Shown: positions 1 through 11,829 of the stretch, piece by piece
Layout: every line of letters starts with the position of its first letter
How positions within the stretch are numbered: position 1 is the first letter of the stretch
From: Octopus sinensis
Taxonomy: Eukaryota
Direction of reading: 5' to 3'
Length of the DNA stretch: 64,000 nt
NCBI RefSeq assembly: GCF_006345805.1
Contig: NC_043002.1
Location: 105,710,001 to 105,774,000 of the forward strand
Position numbers and translations under genes: made by a program
Notes under the pieces: model-generated
What the model saw: only the letters and a program-made list of their open reading frames with translations
Databases searched by the model: none
What the model was told of the DNA's origin: nothing

Positions 1-40
1 ACCCGTTTTTAAGGTTAATGCACTGAGCTCACGGCATTTC

Positions 41-246
41 TCTCTCTATCTCTCTCGTTCTCTTTCTTTATACATATGTGTATGTGTGTGTGTGTACATA
101 TATATATATATATATATACGCATACATACATACTTGTGTGTGTGAGTGTATATATTTATAAAACTGTATTTACATAGGATGGCTGCTTCTTTAAGACGTG
201 GACGTATTTGTTTTCCGTATTTACCCAGTCTTAATTATACAGTGTA

Positions 247-298
<52 letters not shown>

Positions 299-419
299 GC
301 ATGTATGTATGTATGTATGTATGTATGTATGTATGTATGTATGTATGTATGTATGTATACATATATACATATATATATATATATATGTATGTATATATGT
401 ATGTATTATGTATGCATAC

Positions 420-476
<57 letters not shown>

Positions 477-491
477 ATATAAATATATATA

Positions 492-532
<41 letters not shown>

Positions 533-610
533 TATATATGTATGTATGTATGTATGTATTATGTATACATATATATATATATGTATGTATATATGTATGT
601 ATTATGTATG

Positions 611-664
<54 letters not shown>

Positions 665-666
665 CA

Positions 667-697
<31 letters not shown>

Positions 698-700
698 GTG

Positions 701-740
<40 letters not shown>

Positions 741-760
741 GTGTGTGTGTGTGCGTGTGT
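41..760. repeat. Compound microsatellite (CT)n/(TA)n/(TATG)n/(TG)n
   Basis: Directly visible tandem 2- and 4-mers; explains the IY/MYVC ORFs at 146-844. Confidence 0.95.
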
Positions 761-1368
761 GTTCTTTTATTTTCTCTTTATTCTACCTTTCTCGTTCCCA
801 TGAAGGACGTATGCGCGAAACATTTTCATTTCTCTGAGAGTTAAACAAATAGCAATCACTCTTATCTCGCCTCTTTTTCTTTACAAGATATACATACCTA
901 CATTCATAAATACACGCACACGCCGCCAACATATTCATATGCACAGAAAATATAGAGTGGGAAATAATATTGGGTATGCATATGGCTATAAACGTAAATA
1001 TGTATGTATGTAAGTATATTTTTATCTATATGCTTGTATTCAAAAATCTCTGTGTGTGCGCGCGCGCGAGTGTGTGCGCGCGCGCGAGTGTGTGCGTGTG
1101 CGTGCGTGCTTGTGTGTGTGTGTGTATGTGTGTACACTGTAGCGATCTGTTGTCGTGTTACGCTTTTAGAAGCCAGTCTTTTGCTTTTCATTAGAATCCA
1201 TAACGAAAAACCAACACAAACCATTTTATATGCATGTAGTTTCAATAGTACCAGTAATTCCACTGGAGCACTGCAGTTCATTATGTTCAAAACTGTAATC
1301 GAATGACACATTTCGGATTACATTTGCCGTAAGAATTTAAAATCTAGTCTAGTTAATGTGGTCATCAC

Positions 1369-1579
1369 GAGGTGGCCTGCTGGCAGAATGGTTACCGCGT
1401 TGGGGAAATTGCTTTGGAGAATCTCCTCTGTCTTTTACGTCCTGAGTTCAAATTCCGCCGAATTCGACTTTGCCGTTTATCCGTTCGGGGTCGATAAGTA
1501 TCAGTCGAACACTTGAATCGATGTAAACGACTTATCCCTCTCCCTCGATATTCCTGTCCTTGTGCGAAAAATTGAAACC
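1369..1579 (+). mobile_element. SINE family A, old monomeric copy
   Basis: Diverged match to copies at 25259, 28039, 42621, 52258 (ctgagttcaaattccgccga..cgactttgcc..tcggggtcgataa); Pol III box A/B-like motifs. Confidence 0.8.
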
Positions 1580-1854
1580 TAGATAAGGTAATCATCAAGG
1601 GGTTAAATGTAGAGATCCTCTATGACGTTTATCTATGACAGCGAAAACATAACAGCGAAAAAAAAATATGAGCTACTCATATCAAGCAAACATCGTCGCC
1701 ATTCTCTTCCACTTCACTTTAATCAAATTTATATTTAAAAAAACCTCTAAAATTTTGGGTTTCTCCAACACAGAGAACTTCTCACAATTAAGACGCGACC
1801 TTCCCTTCAGAGTCAGAAAATGTTGCAGTCTCCCAATAATTATTGATATCTTGC

Positions 1855-2240
1855 AAAGATGAGGCAAGGCCCACAATGGGATATTACAATGTTATCTGGA
1901 AGGATGCTGTTGCAGTGCAGAGAAACGTCCTTGACTGCACCCAGGAAAGTGCCACCCGACTGACTGACAAAAAGTACTCCCAGATACGAGCCAGATTCTT
2001 GTCCACGGGCGTATTATCTCTCCTACTACATTTATGCATCGCTATTATAATAACCTTTGTTCCTCAAAGCTAGTTGTACTCTTCCGAGCCTCATAAGGGT
2101 ATTCCCGTTTTACTTGTTCATCCGCCTTTCAACAACGAATCTTTCTTAGAACATTGTCCGTTTTACTCATGTCTTTCACACAGGTCTTACAAAAATTGAA
2201 GAGGAACATTAATGACATTAACTTCAGCTGTTTAGCAGGG
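1855..2240 (+). mobile_element. CR1/Jockey-group LINE 3' remnant
   Basis: Translation ARPTMGYYNVIWKDAVAVQRNVLDCTQESATRL resembles the RP.MEYC..IW....LDR.Q..A.RL C-terminal motif; LQKLKRNINDIN resembles the ORF2 end. Confidence 0.55.
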
Positions 2241-2350
2241 CCTACGATTTTCACAGGCATTTCCTCCAGAAACCCAGCAAGTGCAAATACTATATACATA
2301 TATACACACACACATGCATGGAGACAGCAAAAGGAGGACACTCACTTGCA

Positions 2351-2390
2351 AACTGATTACCCTCAAGCTCCTGCTTGAGGGTAATCAGTT
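2351..2390. repeat. Perfect inverted repeat, 18-bp arms, 4-nt loop
   Basis: aactgattaccctcaagc-tcct-gcttgagggtaatcagtt. Confidence 0.95.
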
Positions 2391-2920
2391 AATGTATAGG
2401 AAGGATATATACAGCATGTTTAAACCTCTTCCTCCAGGACCATTGTAAAACCAATAACATCATCACAGTAGAACAAGCATCTGGGAAGAAGGGAGTCTAG
2501 GGATGTGCCGAGCAATCGTTAATCAACAAAACTGGGGTGTCAGGGGTGCGAGAGCATAGGAGGAACCTGGAACCGAGTGGTGAGGCATCACCTTGTAGCT
2601 TTTCCGGAGCCTTTAGTATGTGATGCATGTTTTATTTGGGAAAACATTTAAATACTTTAAACCAACGCAGTTGATTATGTAATTCCTGTTCCCTTCTCAT
2701 TTATTTAATTTCATATCACGCTCTGCACTCGCCTAACACTTTATTTAGACACAAATATATATATATATATATACCCCACCACACACACATACAAACACAT
2801 GACGGAAGTAAATAGACAACCTTATAATCGTTAAAATCGATTTAAATCTGAAATTATACATTCAGAACTATGTGGTTCTTCAAGATGGTTCATCTATTGC
2901 ATGTACAATCATTCCTTTCA

Positions 2921-3354
2921 CCTGATTGTTGTTCTCTTAGAACAATAATCAGGTTTCAATTCACACCTTCATTCATATTTCATAATTAAAATTGCATTAT
3001 GAATTTAAAGCGTAAATATCTCTTCAGGGCAAAATTGACATACATTCATATGTATTTATATACACCTTTTTTCTAAAGATAGCTAGAGGTTAAACTACGA
3101 CCATAGTGGACAACGGATGTCCGCTAAGGTCGTAGTTAAACCTCTATCTATTTTTAGAATGAAATCCAAAGATACACATTCTGACACACAAACACACATA
3201 CACAAGCTACTATTCAGTATGTAAGTAGCTCTCCATCAATTACGATGTAAATTAATACAAAAGAATATATGTCAATTTTGCCCTGAAGAGATCTTTACCT
3301 TAAATTCATAATACAATTTTAATTGTAAAATATGAATGAAGATGGGAATTGAAA
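2921..3354. mobile_element. Nested foldback / MITE-like element
   Basis: Outer arms 2954-3047 and 3263-3354; inner arms 3071-3112 and 3118-3159; extra hairpin 2921-2953. Confidence 0.75.
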
Positions 3355-3618
3355 CGTGCGGAGGCAACATGAACTTTACTATTGTATAAATAAATTGATC
3401 TTTCTGTGTTCACACTCTCCATTTTCTGTATGTTATATTATTTAATTTTGTTCTCCTATATCGGATATATAAAAACATCTATAAAAAAATAACCATCAAT
3501 AAACACTAATTCTAACACAAATTAACAAATTCCAGGAAAATTAACCAATATAGAAATAAACAGGTGTACGCTTGGATGAAATAAATCCCTGTGAAAGAGC
3601 GATCTCTTTCCATTCCAA

Positions 3619-3684
<66 letters not shown>

Positions 3685-3856
3685 AGAGAGAGAGAGAGAG
3701 AGAGACATAAGCATACATACACACACATATATATATAAACTATATGTGTATATATATACATACACATACATACGTGCTTACTAGCGTGCATATATATAGT
3801 TGAATAGTACGGTATTCTTCTCTCTCACTCCTCTCTCTCCGCTCTCTTCCTCTCTC

Positions 3857-3894
<38 letters not shown>

Positions 3895-3897
<3 letters not shown>

Positions 3898-3993
3898 CCA
3901 GCGAGGTGGCGTCATTTGAAGGCTAAAACAATGCGAAGCGCATTGTGACCAGCGATGTGTAGCAACATCTGATAGTATGGTCGGTCACGTGAT

Positions 3994-4001
<8 letters not shown>
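3895..4001 (+). mobile_element. Probable SINE 3' fragment (family E tail) embedded in (TA)n
   Basis: Non-simple islet ggtggcgtcatttgaaggctaaaacaatgcgaagcgcattgtgacc..gtcacgtgatcacgtgat; family assignment from recall only. Confidence 0.4.
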
Positions 4002-4038
<37 letters not shown>

Positions 4039-4399
4039 TAATTTTCTTTCGAAAAACATAGATAACGTAGAAGTGTTCAAGTCGAACCAAAGGCGCTAGA
4101 CAAGTATAATAGATACAATTGAAAAAGTTTCAAATCGGGCAGGCTGCGATTAACACATACATATACGCATTTAATTAGTCCAATCTGAAACATATATTGA
4201 TATATTAGAAATATAAAAATATAGAAATACAAAAATATATGAATACTAAAAATATACATGGACATATAGATATATAGACATGTAAACATAATAATAATGG
4301 AATATAGATAAAAATAACGAAAGATAGAAAAAAGAGGTTTTTTAGAAAATTCTAAATATAATATAGAAAAAGTAATAGGCATTAAAAAGAGTTTGGGGT

Positions 4400-5600
4400 A
4401 ATATGTTAGAGGAAAATAAGGTGTTCCAACGATCGTTTCAGGAGTACATTCGTGCAGATTACATGTGAATCTTAAGATCCATATCCAAAGGAGGTACCCA
4501 CCATTAGGGGTAAAATGGTGTTTAAGCTAGATATGGATTTAGTCAGTTACAAGGTATAAGATAATTTTATGCTTTATAGAAGAGCGGATAAGGCTATGCA
4601 AATTATGGAAGATTTTATGATGGCTGATGGGAGAAAAATTAGATTGTTTACTGACTTTACTGGCGATATATTGTTGTGCAACAGAAAATATTGCTAAGGG
4701 GGTTCGAATTTGAATCGTCTCATGAAAGTTGAATTGTATCAATGATTGCAGGAATGAATAGCATCAGAAAACTTATTTGAAGCACTGGAATTAAACATAC
4801 GAAGGATAATGTACGATTCTTTTTATGCACAATCGACATCTGTCAGTAATCGTATTGTATGGTGAGGCCTTATTGATGATTGCTCAGAAATTTCAAGTTG
4901 TATATGTAGCTGGCTAACGCCGTAGAATTTTTATGTTTTAACTTATTAAAGGAATTTCGTTTTTTGAAGCCTTTAGTGCTTCCTATGTATACCCTAGCTT
5001 GATGTTTATCGCTTGTCACTGTACACTTATAGATTACCTTTTTGCATAGATATAAACCCGCAAGCGGACATAATTCAGGGGGCCTTACATTTACACGTTT
5101 TTGCGTTTCTATCTATAATTTTTGTTTTATTAATATTACTTGGACTCGTATGGGGTATCCTACAATGATCTACGCTTTTAGTTGTTTGGAGTTGAATTTT
5201 ATTTCTGTTTGTAGATGCGATAATTGAACCCCAATTAGGTGTGACAGGGTAAGAGAAATGTTTATTAAATATAGGATAGTATTTATGGTGCTTTGGGAAA
5301 TTTAGTTTGAGAATTTTGAAGAACTGTTTTGATAGATTTTTGACTCTGAGAAACAAATGGTGTGGTGAAACAAATAATTTGCCTTTTCCTAGATTTAGAA
5401 TGTGTTACCCCATTAGAGTGTTCAGATATAGATGGACTATATTTATTAAGATTACTGGCATTGCGATTATATAATCTAATACGGTTAGCAACAGATTTTC
5501 TTATAAGTTTATAATTCAAGGAGGGGATAATTTTAGTCGTATCAGAATTACTGTGAGCTGCTAACTTAGCTAATTTGGTTTTGAGTTTGGTGTCAGGGAT
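4400..5600 (-). mobile_element. Penelope-like element remnant (GIY-YIG region plus putative pLTR)
   Basis: Minus-strand RKRQIICFTTPF, KQFFKILKLNFPKHHKYYPIFNKH, YPVTPNWGSIIAS and VIYKCTVTSDKHQARVYIGSTKGFKKR (GIY-YIG-type Y..YIG motif); frameshifted. Confidence 0.75.
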
Positions 5601-5849
5601 GTAGAAAATATGGTCATGAAAGCCGCTTAATTTTGGGGCATGAGAAACAAATATGCTTTGATATACACAGTATGAAAATACGACTTACGAATATAACATG
5701 CCTTGTGCCTCCAAGCAATTATGAAACTTTCTGCACAAGGCAACGAGAATACTGGGACAAGAGGAATCACGAGAAAAATCGAGAAGGTAGAAGCAAAAAG
5801 TGGAAGGGGGAAAAAAGGAAAAAGAAAATTAGAGCTAATAGAGTCAGAT

Positions 5850-6420
5850 GACGAGAGCTACGATTAAATCTTAGAAGTCACTTCGACATATACTTTGTGT
5901 TGTATGAATTCTTTTTTCGGATGTCTCAATCTGTTGTATCCCTTCCACACGACTTTGTTCTAGTTTTATCATCTTTAGCAAGAGTTTTCCATTCAGATTT
6001 TCATACGAGTCCCTGGTAGTTTGTTTTGAACAGTAAATTACCCAAATCCCATTTCAACATTACTAGACATTCAGTCTCATTTTCAGGACGAAATGATGTT
6101 GGCGTGTGTTACTGTCACTTTATAATCTATGTAATTCATGCAAACATTATTAATAGAATTGAAGTTTTGGCTGCTTTCTCAATCGTCAGTCACTTGTTTA
6201 CGCTTTATTGTGACTAAAGTATGCTGTATGTGTTATCATCTCACCGTTATAAGTATTGCTTCAATCAATGTTTGTCAATTTTTGTGAGGAATTTTCTTAC
6301 CAATGGCTAACACAAACTCATAAAATATTTTAACAACCCAATAACTATAACATGTTAACACCAACAAGTTCTTGTAGCAAGTATTAACTCAGGTATGATG
6401 TCATTTCACCAATTAAATCA
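5850..6420 (-). mobile_element. RTE-like LINE 3' remnant, highly degraded
   Basis: WKTLAKD / VVWKGYNR / FIQHK resembles the RTE C-terminal WETLA.DR..WR..VW.G motif. Confidence 0.4.
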
Positions 6421-6439
6421 TGACACCGCTCCTACATGG

Positions 6440-6463
6440 ATTTTTACATATATATATATATAT

Positions 6464-6527
<64 letters not shown>

Positions 6528-6595
6528 ATATATATATATATATACATACATACATACATACATATACTATAATTGAAATATAACACACATATTGT

Positions 6596-6655
<60 letters not shown>

Positions 6656-6656
6656 T

Positions 6657-6740
<84 letters not shown>

Positions 6741-6780
6741 TATAATATGTATCCAACCAAATATATATATATATAGGTGT
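6440..6780. repeat. (TA)n-(TACA)n-(GATA)n compound microsatellite
   Basis: Directly visible. Confidence 0.95.
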
Positions 6781-8270
6781 GTATACTGGCACATGTGTGT
6801 GTATGCATTTATATATGGTATATATGGTTTGGTTGAGTTACAAGAGATAAGGATTGTTCAGTAGTGTGTGTGAGGATGCATTTCATTAGGGCAATTCTGA
6901 TAACCAAGATTGGAGATGAATGTATTTAAGAATTTACATTTAATGTTATTCAGTGATATAGCAGACTTACCCACACCTTTTCACAATTTACATAAATCTT
7001 TATCTTCATCTTTGGCATTAACATATGAAGACGTCATCTAAATAGGTGTCTATGCCATCCCACTCGTTTTCGCGAATAGGAATTTCTGTAATCCGTTGGA
7101 ATACAATAGCATCGCTTGTAAAACAAGCTAAGACTTTTGAACTGGCACAATTTTCTGTCTGCCTCGGAAGTGATAAATGCTTTGTCTCCAGAATATAACG
7201 AAACACAATGGTAAAAGTTACGATAGTTGTGAATATCCTTTTAAGGAGGCGTTTTGTTAACTTGCCTCAGTTAGGCAGCAAGTAAGCTTGAATTTATTAG
7301 TAACGTATTAAAAGTCTTCATTTATAAACCCCATTTTTTTTTACCCACCCGATCACGTCCTCTATGGGCATTCTATTTATGTATGATTGAATAAACACAA
7401 TCTCGGAGTTTAACTAACATAATTTCGTAAAAATAATATAAATTTGGTAAATGATTTGAGAAAAATCCTGCGTTGCTTCACTGATCATCAATTTAACTCG
7501 TCAATGAATGAATTCGTATTTAGCGCAGTAACGGCATCCTTGTAGGTAACGCGCTGAGAGATAATTTTGCATTTGGTGGAGATGGGTGACAGAATTTGCT
7601 AGAAATCTGAGAAAGAAATCACCATTACATCCAAATCTAGTTTCATATGTTGCCTCGACTGACTTGAAGTCACAACCCCACTGATTTCTGGATTATAGTC
7701 TATGTTCGACACCACTAAATGCAGCTTGTTAAACAGAAGGGTATCAGCAGAAATAAGTTGCTTTAAAAAAACAACTTTCATTCATTAAACTTTCTAGTAA
7801 CATAGCAACTGGAAACATAGTAAATTTTAAAAAGCATTAACAGCAAACTGTTGGTGCAAAATCTCATGGAAATTCAACCATTTGTTGTTGTTATAATAAT
7901 ATATATATTATATATAGACCCTCACTGCCACAGAAATAAAGCACTAAGCTTGTGTACAAATTGCTAAGAGCGAACTGGCAGAGTCGTAAGAGTTTCGGTA
8001 TGTATGCATGCATGTATGTATGTATGAATGTGTGTATACAGAGACAGATGCATTTAAGTCTGATATTTACTTTTATTCGACATTGCTTTGTCGACTGAGT
8101 AACTGGAATGAGCAACACCACTGAGATTTAAGCGATATAAACTCCAAAACAGGGACGTAATATACATATAGAGACATTATATTGTATTCATGTTTATTGT
8201 ATTCATGACGATATTAATACATACAAATAAGTACGCATGGGGAAACAAAGGGAGCGACAAGGACGAGAGG

Positions 8271-8301
8271 ACCGGAAACGAACGGAAGTGACGTCACGTC
8301 A
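8271..8301 (+). promoter_or_regulatory. ETS-CRE composite motif in a CpG-rich islet
   Basis: accggaaacgaaCGGAAGTGACGTCAcgtca; motif present, function untested. Confidence 0.3.
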
Positions 8302-8771
8302 AGAAGCCGGGTCTTCGAACAGTCGAGGCGTCGAAGTCTTAATTTAATGTTGTGCGCTAAAGAATTGGAAGCAAGATGTGTAGAAAAAGAATGCAAAAAT
8401 TCAAAAGTAAAATATGAAAGAAATTAATGTAAATACTATAATATTTCAATAACAAAAAAGTCTATCAGTGAGTGAAAAAACCACGAAATTTGTTTAAAAT
8501 CTTTATCTAAGATAAAAAGAAATAATAGATTTAAAGTACATACACAAAATGTATAATATCCACATAAACAAGAAATAAAACTGACGCTCAGGTGGAATAG
8601 CTGTTCATGGTTTCTAGACATTCCTCAATATGTTTCAGTTCACAAAATGCCATGTTTTTATGTCTTCTTTATGTGTTTTGTCTATCTCTCTTGTCTATGC
8701 GTTTATATGTCTTGTGTTTGCATGAGTAGGTGCGCGATTGCACGTATGTGAGTGTGTGTATGTGTGTGTTT

Positions 8772-8826
<55 letters not shown>

Positions 8827-9434
8827 TGCGTGTTTTATGTGTGTGGTGTGGTGTGTGTATATTGCATTGTCTGCACACGTTCGCTATTAGATACGTTGCA
8901 TATCACAACGCTATTAGAAGCATTGCCTTTTAGAACGTTTTGAGTTTATACGACTGTGCGTATGTCTAGTTGCGATTGTTCGGCTGCGTTTGCTTATGCA
9001 CGTGTACTAATTTCTAGGTATCTCTTCTCTTGATGAAAGGAAATGAGAATCCTTCAGTTGTCAAGGTTCCAGGGCCAAGAAGTTGAATACACACACACAC
9101 ACACGCGCGCATACACGTAGCCCATCAGTATTTAACCACATAAAAAATGTACTATCAATCAGTCTTTTAGCACTAATTAAACCATTCCACATTAATGAGG
9201 TCAAATAAGGCCGAAACATCAGCAATTGTCGCCACACTTGTCGAAAATGAAACTCACTACAGTAAGCACATATTCAGTTTATAAGAAAGTTTAGTTAAAT
9301 TTGAATTCATAAGCAGTCTTCTCTGCATTTTTAATGAAAAATCGAAACATTAAGCAAGCGAACTTTCTATAGGTACAGCTTTAATTAACTACACTTTTTT
9401 TACATTCTTGTACTTTAACTATATGCATAATTAA

Positions 9435-9780
9435 TGGACAATCTGTAGCTTCGTAATCACATGGTCCGGTGTTCGATACCAATGCGTGCTATTTCATCTG
9501 TCTTACTATAATTTCGGGTCTAACTAAATATTGTGAACGAAAGTATGTAAAAGGAAATTGTTTGGAATATCATTGGATGTACGACACGTGTATTTCAAAG
9601 GTGTTGTCTTACCATATACTTAGTCATGCTGAGTCTGTCTGATATTTCATGTTAAGGCACAGAGGACTTTGTACGCGGGACTTTGTTTTATTCAGCCACT
9701 TTACACTCTTAATCAAGGAGTAGATCGTTCAGTTGATCGAACCATTGGAGTATTCATCGTCGAGTTGACGATGATCCATT
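9435..9780 (+). mobile_element. Old SINE with family-C-like head and family-B-like tail
   Basis: Head aatcacatggtccggtgttcgatacc..tgcgtg resembles C; tail gttaaggcac..tcagccactttacac..gttcagttgatcgaacc..tcatcgtcg..gacga resembles B. Confidence 0.55.
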
Positions 9781-10284
9781 TAATTTTACATTAAGTATTC
9801 TCGTACCTAATTAAATAGTGGAATCTATGTGACTAAGAGAGTGTTCGCTTTTCTAAGAACCATGTCTGGTCATTCCCTTAATAAATTGTTACAATTGAAA
9901 GGGGGAGAAGAGGTAAAATAATATCTTGTTTCTTGTCTACAAATGAATGTATGTGTGCATGGATAAATGGGTGTGCGTGTATGTGTACATACATACGCAC
10001 ACATGCACACACCAATACACACACACACACACACACACACACATGCATGTATGGAAATGCAAACACTTACAAGCTATATTATAGTATCTGACGTCTCCTG
10101 TCCCCAATTTTAAATGTCAGGTGTGAGAAATATGTTCCACAGGTAAAAAAACAAAATACTTCAAGCTTAGTGTAAGCACACCTATATCTACTCTCATAAA
10201 CGCACACAATCACAGAAACACCACATTGGTACCTACACATGTGTATTTGTATGTGTATTTGTATGCATGTGTATATTATATATA

Positions 10285-10341
<57 letters not shown>

Positions 10342-10549
10342 ACGTACATTACATATATATATATCCATAGATAGATAGATATATTATATTATATGTATAT
10401 AGATAGATATATATATATGTCTATGTGACTTGGGATATTATATTACATACATATTTACACGCACACAGAGAAAGACAATTGATGATTGTGTGTGTCTGTA
10501 TACATGTGTATGTGTGTGTGTTGATGTGTGAATATGTGTTTCTGTCTGT

Positions 10550-11460
10550 GTGTCACCATCATTCTCACCGGGAGATTCCATTCAGGTCGGCCTCTATAAT
10601 GTCAAGCAGTTTTCATGTCTACACAACTAGATTTATTCCGTGGCGACAATGTTATTTTCAATGCTACCCTCTCCTCCTTCACAATTCTCTACCTCTTCCT
10701 ACTCTCCTTTATTATCATAACCACCGCTCCGATCACCACCCATACCACTTCCACCACAACCATGAACATCACTGTCAAAACAATCATCACTATCCCAACA
10801 TTGCGTATATCGCTAGCCATTGTCACTACCGATAGCGTCACCTCCAACTCCATGACCATAAGAAGCTTAATCATCATCATCGTCATCATCATCATTATCA
10901 TCATCGTCATCATCATCATCATCATCATCATCATTATCATCACTGTCATCATAACGGTCGTCGTTGTCATCACCATTATCATAACCAATACCAATCCTGC
11001 CGCTATCAACCTCATCAATATCATGGTAACCCCCACCACCACCACTACCATTACAACGACTGTTGCCACCACTACCATCGCATTCACTACTACCTCTACT
11101 ACTATCACAACCACAACTTTCATCGGAACCACTTTTACTACTGCTACCTCTATTATCATCACGACCATCATAACCTATCACCATTGCCACCAATATCACC
11201 ACAACTACCATCACTCTACCATACTATCATCCAAACCACCACTACCACCATTAGCACCGATGCCATGAAAACCACTGTTACTACCACTATCAACACTACC
11301 ACCCATATCATCACTAGCATCAGAACTATCATCCCTACCACCACCAACAACAACGCTATTCCATTACCATCATCACCATTACAACCAAAACTACTACCAC
11401 AACCAACACAATTACCATTACTATTACTACCACCAATACTATAACAGTCACCTTTATCAT
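10550..11460. repeat. Cryptic trinucleotide tract (ACC/ATC/ACT)
   Basis: Degenerate triplet periodicity giving Thr/Ile/His or Asp/Val-rich ORFs on both strands. Confidence 0.9.
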
Positions 11461-11829
11461 GAGCATGATCACGTGTCGATAATCTAATGATATTCAAAAT
11501 TATTCTCGCCTTAAACTAAAACTAAAAATTTAATATGAACAAAAAACCCATATATTAAAATTAAAAAATGTAACGTTTAAAAAGTTGTGCAAGCGGCCAC
11601 TTGTGACCCTGACAACCTTGGCGTTAGTCTGTATTAGTAGAACAACGAATGTTGAGAATCAACACAGGAGAGCCAGCCCTAGCTGCAGTGACTATATTGA
11701 AAGATGCTATCGGCCGGTGTTGCTTTGGTACTGTTTTTTTTTTTTTTTAATTTCTGTTTTCGGTGAGTGGACTTTTCTTTTTCGCTGTAAGCTTGAACTT
11801 AACGTAGCTTTCAACAAGGGATATCGCTT

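Noticed and set aside
146-844. Long IY/MYVC/CV-rich ORFs here and throughout the window
   Set aside because: They are translations of TA, TATG, TG, GATA and ATT microsatellites, not genes.
7000-7800. Possible L1/Tx1 RT remnant on the minus strand (LLFNKLHLVVSNIDYNPEISG)
   Set aside because: Only one weak motif; needs a profile search to support.
8115-8160. ctgag..taactc caaaac degenerate hammerhead-like motif
   Set aside because: Needs several substitutions in invariant positions; indistinguishable from chance.
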